Below, piece by piece: positions 1-10,884 of a stretch of 61,179 bases of DNA (position 1 is its first letter; every line of letters starts with the position of its first letter). Under the pieces are notes generated by a model. The model worked only from the letters and a program-made list of their open reading frames with translations, did not search any database and was not told where the DNA came from. The stretch comes from Candidatus Dojkabacteria bacterium (GTDB lineage Bacteria > Patescibacteriota > Dojkabacteria > JAOAGR01): contig JAOAGR010000010.1 of NCBI GenBank assembly GCA_026415655.1, forward strand, positions 1 to 61,179. The letters run 5' to 3'. The position numbers and the translations under genes were made by a program.

Positions 1-21
1 GTTTACTGTATAATCCTGATC

Positions 22-1080
22 ATGTCACAAAGTCAAAAATATAAAATAGATCAAGTTTACAATGAACAAACTTATTTAGAAGAAATTACCCTGACTATTC
101 CAAAATCAGAGTTTGATGAATATTTCAAAAAAGCATTAAAAGTAGCTAAGAAAGATTTTGCGGCAAAAGGTTTTAGAAAGGGTCAGGCTCCAGACAATGC
201 CGTTTTAGCCAATAAGCAAAATGAAATATTTGAGATGGCTATTACTAATGCTGCAAATAATGCTCTAAAGGATGTAAAGCTGGATCCATTACCATTAAAT
301 CAATTAGCTATAAAGGAAGTAAATTTGGATTCAGAAGGAAATATCCTGGTGAAGATGGAATATATTCCCAGACCTTATGTCGAAATAAGTGTTTTTGAAA
401 ATTTCCAGTTTGAAAAGGTAGAACCACAAAGTGTGACAGAAGATGAAATTGTAAATACGATAAAGAATATTTGGTATTCTGTTGTTTCTAAAAATAAGAA
501 GAATATAACAAAGGATGATTTTTCTGAACATTTGCTAGATGAAGAATTTTTTAAACATGAAGAATTTAAAAAATTATATCCTGATGTTAATAATTTAGAA
601 GAACTAAAGAATAAGATTACTGAAGAAATCCGAAAAAGCTATGAAAAATTAGCTCGGATAGAGACTGCAAAAAGAGTTAAGGAAAGAATTATTGAATTGG
701 CAAATTATACAAAAGTTGAAGGGTTGATAAATCTGGAGTTACGATCTAGGATCGAAAATTATCTTGCCCGTTACAAAAGTGCAGGAATAGATCCCGAAAA
801 GTATTTTGAACAGAATGGTATCACTATAGAACAACTGCGAGACGAATGGCGTCCTAATGTTGAAAAAGATGTAAAATACGAACTTTTTCTACAAGCATAT
901 GCAGAAAAAAATAATATCTCTCCAACAGATGAAGATTTAATGGAAGATGTGAAAAAATATAGTCAAGAATTAGTCAATTATTATGGCAATTTGAATACGG
1001 CTATTAGCGTGTTAAAATATACTAAGATAAATCAGATGGCAGAAAAAGATATTTTTGCCAAACTGGGAATAGAAATTTAG
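22..1080 (+). CDS. tig: Trigger factor (ribosome-associated chaperone)
   Basis: N-terminal GFRKGQAP ribosome-binding motif; C-terminal helical domain. Confidence 0.85.
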   Translation: MSQSQKYKIDQVYNEQTYLEEITLTIPKSEFDEYFKKALKVAKKDFAAKGFRKGQAPDNAVLANKQNEIFEMAITNAANNALKDVKLDPLPLNQLAIKEVNLDSEGNILVKMEYIPRPYVEISVFENFQFEKVEPQSVTEDEIVNTIKNIWYSVVSKNKKNITKDDFSEHLLDEEFFKHEEFKKLYPDVNNLEELKNKITEEIRKSYEKLARIETAKRVKERIIELANYTKVEGLINLELRSRIENYLARYKSAGIDPEKYFEQNGITIEQLRDEWRPNVEKDVKYELFLQAYAEKNNISPTDEDLMEDVKKYSQELVNYYGNLNTAISVLKYTKINQMAEKDIFAKLGIEI

Positions 1081-1084
1081 CGTT

Positions 1085-1321
1085 ATGACAAGGCAAGATA
1101 TACTATCAATTTTTTTGATTATAGTAAGTGTTCTAATGGTATTATCTGTATTAGCACAGCAAAGGGGTTCAGGTATAGGTAGCATTTTCGGTGGTGGTAT
1201 GAGTAGTTCTGGAGGTGAATATTATAGAGCTCGTCGAGGATTCGAAAAATTTTTATTTTATTTTACTATAGTTCTAGCTATTCTTTTAGTTGCTGGTAGC
1301 ATTGCGTATTACTATATATAG
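1085..1321 (+). CDS. secG: Preprotein translocase subunit SecG
   Basis: Two TM helices, QQRGSGIGSIFGG linker, RRGFEKFL motif. Confidence 0.9.
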   Translation: MTRQDILSIFLIIVSVLMVLSVLAQQRGSGIGSIFGGGMSSSGGEYYRARRGFEKFLFYFTIVLAILLVAGSIAYYYI

Positions 1322-1343
1322 ACTAATTTATCTAAATTAAAAA

Positions 1344-3029
1344 ATGGATATTTTAACTAGATATTTTTCTGTATTCAAAAAGAAATTTAGGTTTATATAT
1401 TCTTTTTTGTTTGTTTTTTTTATAAATCTATTAATTTTATCAATAGGGACGGTTTTGTTTTATGCTGCAAAGGATTATTTTTTATTACCAAAAGTTGATA
1501 GAGTAGTCGAAGGTGTATTGGTACCGACTATTTTTGTTGATAATGCGATTCTTTTTAATGTTGATCCTTTTCTGACGGATGATTATCCTGATGAAGTTTT
1601 GAATATGCGACAGAGCCTAAATCATCTATTATTCCCTACTTTATTTTATTCTGACTTGAATGGAAATTTACAAGAAAATATTGTTCAAAATTATAAAAAA
1701 TTATCAAATCAAACCTATCAGATCACAATAAAGAGTAATTTGACTTGGAGTGATGGCAAAGAAATAACCTCTCGTGATATTACTTTTACTATAAGTGCTA
1801 TAAAACAACTCTCCAGTCGTACTCCTTTTATTGAAAATGTCAATAATGGTGCTATCTCTATTACTGAAAATGATAAATATACATTCACCATAGATTTGGT
1901 TGCAGAAAATAACACTAGCAAACCAAATCCGTTTTTGATTGAAAAACTTGTATTTCCTATTTTGCCAGCACATAAATTTGAAAATTACTTATTTAATAAT
2001 CTTGTACAAATTAGTACTTCTGATTTTGGATTTAATCCCGTAACATCGGGAAAATATTTTATTGAACAGAAAACCAATGATGAGATAAGACTAAGAAAAA
2101 ATTCTAGATATTGGCTTACTAATGACTTGCCGAACGAATATCGGATGAAAATATATCGTGATAGTGAAAAATTAATAATGGATTTAAGATTAGGGAATAT
2201 TGATATTTTTAGAGATATTAATGTTTCATATAATGATGACTTTAGTGAGATATTTGCTAAGGATATTCATTTGACATCAAATTTACTTGGAATTTACTTC
2301 AATCTTAAAAATTCTAATAATTTTTTTAGTGAAAATACTGTTATTAGAAAAAATTATTTATCTTTATTGGCAAAACAGATATTTGAACAGAATGGGGATA
2401 TAGATATACTACCTATTTCAAAAAAGTCAATATATTATGATCAATCTTATAAAGATAATATAATCAACTATGATTTGAAGACACTAGAAGATGACTTGAT
2501 AAAACTTAAATTTGTGAAAAATGATAATGGTATATATGAAAAAGATGGATTTGAACTTTCTTTTCGTCTAACATTACTTGATGATCCAAGATACAAATCT
2601 GTATTTGAGGTTATCGAAAAAAATAGTCTAAAACTAGGCATCAAAGTTATACCAGATATTAAAACATCGCAAGATTATGATAATTTAATTAGAAATCGTA
2701 ATTTTGAAGCTATTATTTTTCCATATAAGGCAAGTGATGACTTATATACTCATTGGCATACTAATTTTATTAATTATCCTGGCTTAAATATCTCATCTTT
2801 TGGAACGAGTACCACAGATTTATTACTTGTAGAAAGCAGATTTGCAGAAGATCTCAATATTCAAAAAGATTATTATAAAAAATTTTTGGCTAGATATTTT
2901 GAAGAGATGCCAGCAATAGGCGTAGATTATAGTTATATAAGACTAGTTTTGGATAAAAAAATAAAACTTGCTCAAGATATTGATTATATTAATTCATCGA
3001 CTCAAGTTATCGAGATTATAAGAAAATAA
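1344..3029 (+). CDS. ABC transporter substrate-binding protein, family 5 (peptide/nickel)
   Basis: N-terminal TM; WSDGKEITSRDITFT and PVTSGKY motifs. Confidence 0.75.
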   Translation: MDILTRYFSVFKKKFRFIYSFLFVFFINLLILSIGTVLFYAAKDYFLLPKVDRVVEGVLVPTIFVDNAILFNVDPFLTDDYPDEVLNMRQSLNHLLFPTLFYSDLNGNLQENIVQNYKKLSNQTYQITIKSNLTWSDGKEITSRDITFTISAIKQLSSRTPFIENVNNGAISITENDKYTFTIDLVAENNTSKPNPFLIEKLVFPILPAHKFENYLFNNLVQISTSDFGFNPVTSGKYFIEQKTNDEIRLRKNSRYWLTNDLPNEYRMKIYRDSEKLIMDLRLGNIDIFRDINVSYNDDFSEIFAKDIHLTSNLLGIYFNLKNSNNFFSENTVIRKNYLSLLAKQIFEQNGDIDILPISKKSIYYDQSYKDNIINYDLKTLEDDLIKLKFVKNDNGIYEKDGFELSFRLTLLDDPRYKSVFEVIEKNSLKLGIKVIPDIKTSQDYDNLIRNRNFEAIIFPYKASDDLYTHWHTNFINYPGLNISSFGTSTTDLLLVESRFAEDLNIQKDYYKKFLARYFEEMPAIGVDYSYIRLVLDKKIKLAQDIDYINSSTQVIEIIRK

Positions 3030-3157
3030 TTGCATAAACAAATTCTATATTTGAACAATTAAAGTATTATCAGAAAATTTACAAAGATTGAATATTATGA
3101 TTTTTGGTTTTCTCGAGTATAAGAACTAGTTAATGTTAAAACAAAAAATTATTTTAA

Positions 3158-3772
3158 TTAATCAAATCCAAAAAGCTTTTGAAATATGCCTTTTATACCT
3201 TTTTGTGGTTTTTCTTCTTCGGCAAAAGGATCGTTTATATAGACATGTTGTTGATTTGTGGATGTATCTGGAGAGCTAACTTCATTACTTTGGAAGCTAT
3301 AATTATCTGATAAAGGATCGTAAGCAATGTTGTCTCTGCCGTATTGGTTGTTGAAAAATTCCTTATATTTTACTAACAGAGATTCTTGCTGTTGTACTTT
3401 ATTTTGGGCGATGGTGAGCTCTCTTATAGCGGAATCGAGCTTCATTATCATTGCATTGACATCTTTTGCTCTTTTTAATATTTCAGCATGTTCAGTGGAT
3501 TCATACATCATCTTAGCTATCTGGCTCTCTGTCAGATAGGTACTTGTAAGAAAATAATTAAGCCCATTAGGATCAGGATCACGCCCTAGAATAGTGCGAT
3601 AGAGTCTTTTTACCATCTCTTCGCGGCTTTCTGTACCTGTATTGGTGGTTGATGTGTTATAGTAATTTGTACTACTATTTTGACTAGTGTAAGTATATGT
3701 CGAATTGTTATTATTCGATGAATTGGATGTATATGAAGAATAACCGTAATTTGTCGTATTATTTGGATACAT
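3158..3772 (-). CDS. Hypothetical protein with N/S/T/Y low-complexity N-terminus and DUF4214-like segment
   Basis: VKRLYRTILGRDPDPNGLNYF resembles DUF4214. Confidence 0.5.
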   Translation of the reverse strand: MYPNNTTNYGYSSYTSNSSNNNNSTYTYTSQNSSTNYYNTSTTNTGTESREEMVKRLYRTILGRDPDPNGLNYFLTSTYLTESQIAKMMYESTEHAEILKRAKDVNAMIMKLDSAIRELTIAQNKVQQQESLLVKYKEFFNNQYGRDNIAYDPLSDNYSFQSNEVSSPDTSTNQQHVYINDPFAEEEKPQKGIKGIFQKLFGFD

Positions 3773-3828
3773 AAAAAAATTATATCACATGACATAGGGA
3801 TTGTAAATTTAGTATATTTATAAAGCTA

Positions 3829-4974
3829 ATGTCTAAGATATTTTTTGTGGTTTTAAATTTGTTTTTTATAGTTCTCTTCAATTTAGGCTTATATGTAAAT
3901 GCATTGAATTTGAATTTTATATCTTTTTATTTGTTTAATTATACAGATCGAATCAGGCCTAAAATTGTTGAAGAAATATGTCTTATTAATTTAAAAACAA
4001 ATACAAACTTAGAAAAAAGTGAGGCTAAAATTGTTCAAGAAATTTTATATTTTTTTAAAAAATTAAAGTTTGAGTATTCACCTGTTTTTGGCATGATTTT
4101 TGATACTGGCAATTATTACATTACATCACCGGATCCACAAATATATCCTATAAACACTGACGATGATGTTGGAAGGTTATTCTTATTTTTAATATCATAT
4201 AATAAAAATCAAAATTTTAGTCTAGGTATAAATAATTTTTATAAAAATTTCCTGAATACCTATCTAAAAAATACTGCCATTGATAGTCCTCAAGATTTGT
4301 ATTTGTGTACTTTTAAAATTGCGGAGATCAATGGTGAACTAGGATTTGCGCTAGAAAAACAAGCAAAATATGAACTGAATGAACAGTGGGATTTTTCTAA
4401 AGAAGATAGGAAAAATCATTTAACCTTTCATGAAGACAATGTCGTATTTGAACTGAATCAGGGGGAAATTTCAGAGATTGAAATAGAAATCAAAAATAAT
4501 TCAGATAAATATTTTTTATTATTGCCAAATTTAGAAAATTTGCTACTTTCATTTGAAAAAAATTCAAATCTTTTTATTAATAATGTTTGGCTAAATACTC
4601 GTACACCTAAAAAGATCGATGAACTTTTTATTAATTCTCAAAATACTCAGAAAGTACATTTTTCTGTAAAAGCTCCTTTGTTACCAGGCGAATATGAAGA
4701 AAATATTAATCTTATATATAACAACATTGTTGTAGATGAGTTAAAATTAAGTTATACAGTCAAAGATTTAGGACGAAAGATTTTACAAGTAAAACCTGGA
4801 TTAATAAAAATATTCATGTACGAAGAGCCTAATACTGCCTCAAAAATCATTGGAGAAATACCTGCAAATACTTATCTAGAATTTTTCGAAAAAATTGGAA
4901 ATTTTTATAAAATTAAATATGATGATCTCGAAGGATATGTTTCTTCGAATGCTGTTATCGTAATTAAGCAATAA
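3829..4974 (+). CDS. Membrane-anchored protein with C-terminal SH3b-like domain
   Basis: N-terminal hydrophobic helix; C-terminal YEEPNTASKIIGEI...YKIKYDDLEGYVSS. Confidence 0.55.
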   Translation: MSKIFFVVLNLFFIVLFNLGLYVNALNLNFISFYLFNYTDRIRPKIVEEICLINLKTNTNLEKSEAKIVQEILYFFKKLKFEYSPVFGMIFDTGNYYITSPDPQIYPINTDDDVGRLFLFLISYNKNQNFSLGINNFYKNFLNTYLKNTAIDSPQDLYLCTFKIAEINGELGFALEKQAKYELNEQWDFSKEDRKNHLTFHEDNVVFELNQGEISEIEIEIKNNSDKYFLLLPNLENLLLSFEKNSNLFINNVWLNTRTPKKIDELFINSQNTQKVHFSVKAPLLPGEYEENINLIYNNIVVDELKLSYTVKDLGRKILQVKPGLIKIFMYEEPNTASKIIGEIPANTYLEFFEKIGNFYKIKYDDLEGYVSSNAVIVIKQ

Positions 4975-4978
4975 AAAT

Positions 4979-5182
4979 ATGAGAATAATAGAATATCTGT
5001 ATTTATTGTTTATTCTTATATTTTTACCTGTGTTGGTCTCTGCTTTTTTTTATAATCCTATTTTATATTATAAATCAAGCCTTATTGATCAAAATAAATA
5101 TATATTTGCTTTTTTTTATATGATTGCTATATTAATAGGAATATCATATTATTTTTATAAAAGGAAAAATGTCCGTAGATAA
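4979..5182 (+). CDS. Small membrane protein
   Basis: Two hydrophobic helices; tightly packed in the + strand operon. Confidence 0.5.
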   Translation: MRIIEYLYLLFILIFLPVLVSAFFYNPILYYKSSLIDQNKYIFAFFYMIAILIGISYYFYKRKNVRR

Positions 5183-6068
5183 GAAGAAAACTGGACTAGG
5201 GCGAGGCCTATCTTCCTTGATCGGTGGTTCTTCGGTTGAAACTGAGACTAGAGATAGTGTTGAGGTTATAGAGATAAATCTTGACGATATAAAACCCAAT
5301 CCTTATCAGCCTAGACAGGCTATACCTGTTTCTTCCCTTGTTGAACTAGCTGATAGTATCAAGGAACATGGAGTTTTACAACCGATTCAAGTTATTAGGG
5401 ACCCAGTTGAGTCAGGAAAATATATAGTTGCGGCAGGTGAAAGAAGAGTATCAGCATCTAAATTGGCAGGCTTAAAAACAATACCTGCGATTATAAGGGA
5501 ATATACTAACGAACAATTAGCAGAAATTGCAATTGTAGAAAATGTACATCGTAAAGATTTAAACCCTATAGAAGAAGGATATGCATTTTTAAGGTTAAAT
5601 GTTGAGTTTAATTATACTTATGAACTAATTGCGCAAAAGGTAAATAAGACAGTTTCTTATGTAGAAAATAAAATACGACTTACGAAATTACCCAAATTAA
5701 TTCAAAATGCTATTACAACTGGAGAAATTACAGAGATGCATGGAAAGGCTCTTTTATCTCTAAACGATGAGCAAGCAATGATAGCTGCATTAAAGATTGT
5801 GTTGCGTAATAATTTAACTGCAAAAAAAACAGAAGAACTAGTACATCAGATTAGACTAGAATCACAAAAATCTAAAAATCCACTTCGTGCTTCAAGTCGG
5901 ATCCTGTGGGAGCAGAAATATAGCTTTATTAAGGAAGACTTGGAAAAAATTTTTGGTTGGAAAGTTAAACTCAAAAAAAACTCAAATGATGGCGGTTCAT
6001 TAATAATAAATTTTTCAAATGATGAAGAGCTTATCACTATTTTCGAACAACTTAAAAAAGACATCTGA
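5169..6068 (+). CDS. parB: ParB/Spo0J partition protein
   Basis: GLGRGLSSLI, PNPYQPR, GVLQPI, AGERRV, ENVHRKDLNPIEE. Confidence 0.95.
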   Translation: MSVDKKKTGLGRGLSSLIGGSSVETETRDSVEVIEINLDDIKPNPYQPRQAIPVSSLVELADSIKEHGVLQPIQVIRDPVESGKYIVAAGERRVSASKLAGLKTIPAIIREYTNEQLAEIAIVENVHRKDLNPIEEGYAFLRLNVEFNYTYELIAQKVNKTVSYVENKIRLTKLPKLIQNAITTGEITEMHGKALLSLNDEQAMIAALKIVLRNNLTAKKTEELVHQIRLESQKSKNPLRASSRILWEQKYSFIKEDLEKIFGWKVKLKKNSNDGGSLIINFSNDEELITIFEQLKKDI

Positions 6069-6468
6069 TATTGATACAAAGCCTGATTCTTCTCTTTCTA
6101 AATTTTTGCATGACAAATTAGAAAAGTTAGAACTCAAAAAAAATAAAAAGAAAGTAAAACTTAATAAAAACCAAATTTTAGCTAGTTTTCTTGCTAAAGA
6201 ACTTGATGCTAAAGATAATATAGGACTATTAAATCGTATCACTGTATCACTTGATCATATGATTATTATGCGAGCGCTCACGTATGTTAAGGATTATCCT
6301 GATGTAAAATCAAAACTTGCAGTTTTTATTTGGTTTTTAAAAAATAAAATGAATGCAAGTTTAAACCAAAATAGCAAAACGATAAAGCAAATTAGATTGT
6401 TTGGCAAAATATCAAAAAAATCAAAAAAGGGTTCTAAAAAAGATATAAAAAATAATCAAAGTAATTGA
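6019..6468 (+). CDS. Hypothetical basic protein (start uncertain, overlaps parB end)
   Basis: 149-aa Lys-rich ORF continuing the operon. Confidence 0.5.
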   Translation: MMKSLSLFSNNLKKTSDIDTKPDSSLSKFLHDKLEKLELKKNKKKVKLNKNQILASFLAKELDAKDNIGLLNRITVSLDHMIIMRALTYVKDYPDVKSKLAVFIWFLKNKMNASLNQNSKTIKQIRLFGKISKKSKKGSKKDIKNNQSN

Positions 6469-6507
6469 CAATTTAGTATACAAGGTATAACATAGCAATG
6501 CTTTATT

Positions 6508-8541
6508 ATGGAAGATCAGAGTCACATATTTTTAAATGTTGTACTTGGTGTTTGTTTAGTACTATTTTTTGCAAGCACCTTGTATGTATTTTCTAAAAAA
6601 TTTAATAAAATTCCTTATACAGTTTTATTATTAGTTTTTGGATTAATATTATCTCTGTTTGAGATTGAAATACTAAATAGCATTAAATTAACCCCAGGTG
6701 CTGTAATGTATATTTATCTACCTATACTTTTGTTTGAATCTGCTTTTAATTTTGATTTTGCTGAGTTTAAAAAAATTATTGCTCCGGCTACACTTCTCGC
6801 TACATTCGGTCTTTTGCTATCTGGAGTTATTATAGCATTACCTTTACATTTCATCTTTAATATTGATTTGACTGCCGCTCTACTTTTTGGTTTTGTAATA
6901 TCATCTACTGATCCTATTGCTGTCTTGACCATATTTAAAAATCTTGGAGTACCCAAAAAACTACAATTACTTGTCGATGCTGAGAGTTTTTTAAATGATG
7001 CAACTTCGGTAATCGCCTTTAAAATTTTGTCATCTGTGATCTTAGCAGCAACTGCAACTTTTTCAATCTTTGATAGTGCAGTGAGTTTCGTACAACTCGC
7101 ACTGGGAGGTGTTATTATTGGTACTATTTTTGGATATATATTCTCTTGGCTTATCGCACCAATAAAAAATGTAGCAGCTGTAGAGATAGTTCTGACTCTT
7201 ATTGTGGCTCATCTATCATTTATTGTAGCTGAAGATCTATTTGGTGCATCCGGTATAATATCTGTTTTATTTACTGGTTTGGTTTTGGGTAATTACGGAC
7301 GTAGAAAAATCTCGCCACAAGTGACAAAAAGTATGCATGATACTTGGGAGCTGGTTACGTTTATTACTATATCACTTGTATTTACACTCATTGGATACGA
7401 AATAAATTTGCTGCGTTTGATTAATAGTTGGCAATTTGTTGCTGTATTTTTAGCTGTTATGTTGATTGCTAGATCACTTTCTGTATACCTGATTGGAGGT
7501 ATTTATAATTTATTTGCCGACATGAGTTCTAAAATACCAGTTTCTTGGTTACATATAACTAATTGGGGGGGACTTAGAGGAGCACTACCTATGATTGTAA
7601 TATTATCTCTTCCTACTGATTATGAATATAGATCTTTATTTTTAGAACTGACACTTGCTGGTATTCTTTTTACATTGCTTGTCAATTCTTTAACAATTGA
7701 GTCTATTATAAAATTTTTCAAGATTAATGCTTTAGATCTACATAATAAATTAGAAATTTGCCTAGCACAATCAAAGATGCTTTCTGATGTTTATGATAAA
7801 ATAAAAGAATTTGGAAAGATCGGTCTTATTGAGGATAAACATATCCAAAATTTTGATAAGAAAATAAAAGAAAAAATTCACTCTATTTCTAATGATATGC
7901 AAAATTTATTAGCTAATAGTTTTCAAGATGACAATGAAAGGGATCAAAAGTTGTATGTGGTATTACAAAAATATTGTCTCAATGTAGAAAAAGCAGTTTA
8001 TACAGAAATGTTTGAAAATCAAAAAATAACCGAAGTGGTATATAATACTCTTATTGGTTCGATTAATAGGCAAATTAGCAAATTAGATCACGGCGAAAAT
8101 TTAGTTGATAAGGTACGGAAAAAAGATGAATTTCTGGCATCAATTGGTTCTAATAATTTAGAATTATCATTTTGGGATAGATTTTTATTTGTGTTAGGAT
8201 TTTTGAAAGGTTATGAAAAGATGAAGCAAATGTGCATTTATGCCTATCACAAAGCTAGGATATTAGGTGATATATATGTTTTAGAGGAATTAAATGGAAT
8301 TAAAGAGATGAATATATATCCTGTGAGTGTTATAAATCGTGTAATTGAATTTTATCTATTTTTACTTGAAAGAAACACAGATACTATCAAAAAGTTTGAA
8401 AAAAACAATCCATCTTGTGCAGCTGATGTCGATAATCTTATATTGGAACATGAGACAGAAAGGGTTTTGGAACATGATCTAGAAGAGTATAAGGAAAAAC
8501 AAATATTGTCATCAAGGGCAGTATCAAATATAAAAGTTTAA
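6508..8541 (+). CDS. Na+/H+ antiporter, CPA1 family
   Basis: LPILLFESAF, STDPIAV, ESFLNDAT, WGGLRGAL motifs; about 12 TM helices. Confidence 0.9.
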   Translation: MEDQSHIFLNVVLGVCLVLFFASTLYVFSKKFNKIPYTVLLLVFGLILSLFEIEILNSIKLTPGAVMYIYLPILLFESAFNFDFAEFKKIIAPATLLATFGLLLSGVIIALPLHFIFNIDLTAALLFGFVISSTDPIAVLTIFKNLGVPKKLQLLVDAESFLNDATSVIAFKILSSVILAATATFSIFDSAVSFVQLALGGVIIGTIFGYIFSWLIAPIKNVAAVEIVLTLIVAHLSFIVAEDLFGASGIISVLFTGLVLGNYGRRKISPQVTKSMHDTWELVTFITISLVFTLIGYEINLLRLINSWQFVAVFLAVMLIARSLSVYLIGGIYNLFADMSSKIPVSWLHITNWGGLRGALPMIVILSLPTDYEYRSLFLELTLAGILFTLLVNSLTIESIIKFFKINALDLHNKLEICLAQSKMLSDVYDKIKEFGKIGLIEDKHIQNFDKKIKEKIHSISNDMQNLLANSFQDDNERDQKLYVVLQKYCLNVEKAVYTEMFENQKITEVVYNTLIGSINRQISKLDHGENLVDKVRKKDEFLASIGSNNLELSFWDRFLFVLGFLKGYEKMKQMCIYAYHKARILGDIYVLEELNGIKEMNIYPVSVINRVIEFYLFLLERNTDTIKKFEKNNPSCAADVDNLILEHETERVLEHDLEEYKEKQILSSRAVSNIKV

Positions 8542-8554
8542 ATATTATTTTGCA

Positions 8555-8812
8555 ATGCCTAAGATAATGTATGATAAGTTCTTCTTGATTGAACTTTTAG
8601 GTGTCTTAGGTGCAATTATGATTCTTGGTGCATATTTTTTATTGTCTATAAATTATTTATCAGCTGATAATCTTTTTTATCAATTGTTAAATATACTAGG
8701 ATCTTTAGTTCTGCTTTGTTATAGTTTTTATAAAAAGGCATGGGCAAATGTTGGCATAAATTTTATATGGATGATTATAGGACTATTTGCTTTAGTTAGT
8801 ATTATTTTTTAA
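8555..8812 (+). CDS. Small membrane protein (CBU_0592-like)
   Basis: GAIMILGAYFLL...YQLLNILGS...W pattern; 3 TM helices. Confidence 0.6.
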   Translation: MPKIMYDKFFLIELLGVLGAIMILGAYFLLSINYLSADNLFYQLLNILGSLVLLCYSFYKKAWANVGINFIWMIIGLFALVSIIF

Positions 8813-9017
8813 TTTTTATTATTTATTATTCAATAAAATCTTATTCCCTAATGAAATTAAAAACATCTTTGGTTTATTAAAAAACAGAATTAAAATTATG
8901 TATAGGTATGACAAAACTTTAGTATTTTTTGAATAAATTTGTATAAATTTGAACAAAACACGTCGTCATTCCCATTTTTGGAAAAAACTATATATTTCAA
9001 TTTTGCTGAATCTAAAT

Positions 9018-9103
9018 TGGCGGAGAGGGTGGGATTCGAACCCACGATACTTTCGTATGCCGGTTTTCAAGACCGGTGCCATCAACCACTCGGCCACCTC
9101 TCC
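9018..9103 (-). tRNA. tRNA-Ser(UGA)
   Basis: Minus strand GGAGAGGTGGCCGAGTGG...CCGGT-CTTGAAA-ACCGG, long variable arm, GGTTCGAATCC, encoded CCA end. Confidence 0.95.
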
Positions 9104-9156
9104 AAGGCAAGTAAATAATATCATGTAATCTATTTAGAATAAAGATTTTATGGTGT

Positions 9157-9867
9157 CTAGATTTTCTTAATATCAAATGGCACGCCTCCCAATGGATGAT
9201 TAAATACCTCTGCTGCTGTTTTTTCTTTCATACTGTGAACACGAAGAAATAGTTCTATGAATGGATTATCAAATCCTGATGAACCTATGTTTATCGCAAG
9301 TTGTCCCTTATCTACAGCAAATCCACCTGTAGCTATGATCCCTTCCGTACTTATTTCATTAAGCGTAACAATTACTTTATCACCATCTTTTAAGCCCATT
9401 TTTTCTAGATCGGATTTCCTCATTGTGGTTTTAATGTTTCCGAATCCATCAATCCAAGCTACGAGATTATTGGGTATTTCTGGAATAGAATTAATATCGA
9501 TATTTTTGCCTAATACTGAGTAATCTTGTTCTATAATATGTGCAATCTTTTCTGGAAAAAAATCACGTGAGCGAAATTGTGAACCACTATCTGGACAGAT
9601 TACTTCTCTAAATTCAATAATATCTGATTTTACAAACCCAAAAGCATATTCACTATAAACATTGATTATTTCTACTCCATTTCTAAGTTTTGCATAAAAA
9701 ATCCCATTGTCTCTATTATCTTTTTTAGCTTTTTCAGTGTCTCTTCTGGGTGCCGCATTACCATATATTACCATGCGACCATTTTTGCAAGCATATGCAT
9801 ATTGTGCCGTTACAAAGCCGATAGCTATTGTGTCTAATGGCGGTACTTCGGTAAAATGAAATATCAC
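9157..9867 (-). CDS. SAM hydroxide adenosyltransferase (DUF62)-like protein; frame probably extends to ATG at 9984 through two stops
   Basis: WIDGFGNIKT and INIGSSG motifs; upstream in-frame IVCDY..G..YGEI resembles the family N-terminus. Confidence 0.6.
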   Translation of the reverse strand: MIFHFTEVPPLDTIAIGFVTAQYAYACKNGRMVIYGNAAPRRDTEKAKKDNRDNGIFYAKLRNGVEIINVYSEYAFGFVKSDIIEFREVICPDSGSQFRSRDFFPEKIAHIIEQDYSVLGKNIDINSIPEIPNNLVAWIDGFGNIKTTMRKSDLEKMGLKDGDKVIVTLNEISTEGIIATGGFAVDKGQLAINIGSSGFDNPFIELFLRVHSMKEKTAAEVFNHPLGGVPFDIKKI

Positions 9868-9951
9868 TTCATTGGGATTCTGTAGATGATTATAAAATTG
9901 ATTTAATATCTCACCATATTCTTAACCTCCGATTTTATAGTCACAAACTAT

Positions 9952-10491
9952 GTGTCAGAGAGTATTTTTATGTTGAAATTCCATGATAAAAATTATAAAT
10001 TATTTTCTGAATTTATATTCGGAAAAATGTCAATTTTTGTTTTAAGCAAAAAACACATATTTAAATATAGCTATTATTTACTAGTGATAATTCGTATTTT
10101 ACAAGCACCCTTTATATTATATTTCCCTTTTGTCATGATAATTTTATCAATCTTTCTAGATGCAATAGATGTAGAGTTTGCTCATCGTGTAGTGAGTAAG
10201 GCTACATATCAATTTGTAGATAAGTGGTTGGATAATTGGTGTTTTGCATTTGAGTTTATAATTGGATATTTCTTGTTTCCAGAATATCGGATTTTACTGT
10301 CTTTTCTTTTTCTATGGCGCACTTTTGGGACAATCCTTTTTTCAATATCTAAAAAACGTGAGTATTTTCTGATTTTTGGGAATTATTTTGAAAATATTTT
10401 GATATGTTTATTTTTGCATCAGATATTTCCCTATTTGGATTTGAACCTTATGTTTGTTATTGGGACATTGATAAAGATATTCCAAGAGTGA
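9952..10491 (+). CDS. Membrane protein, CDP-alcohol phosphatidyltransferase-like (likely start 10027; may extend to 10554)
   Basis: LDAIDVEFA...YQFVDKWLD motif; multiple TM helices. Confidence 0.55.
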   Translation: MSESIFMLKFHDKNYKLFSEFIFGKMSIFVLSKKHIFKYSYYLLVIIRILQAPFILYFPFVMIILSIFLDAIDVEFAHRVVSKATYQFVDKWLDNWCFAFEFIIGYFLFPEYRILLSFLFLWRTFGTILFSISKKREYFLIFGNYFENILICLFLHQIFPYLDLNLMFVIGTLIKIFQE

Positions 10492-10884
10492 TTTATAAAT
10501 GTTGCTCATTTGTCGCTTATGGAGGATATATTAGGATTTAAAAGAAATTGGTAATAAGAGATTATTAAAGAACTCAAAATTTACTATTTTAAAACAAGCT
10601 TGCAATTGATAAAAATAATATATTTAGTTACGATATTTTCATTTAAATAACAAAATTTTAAATTAAAACAAATAAGTTTGAAATAATTTGTTGATATAAA
10701 TTTGAGATGGATATTAAAAAATTGGGAGCAGTTAAGTGGGATGGAAATCAATGTAAAAAAAGTTTTATATGCAAGTAATTATATAATTATATTTGCTCAT
10801 TCCATTCACATATTTTTGTTGTGTAAATATATTGCTATACAATTACAATTATTATAAATTTAGTTAATTTTTGATTTTTTCTAG

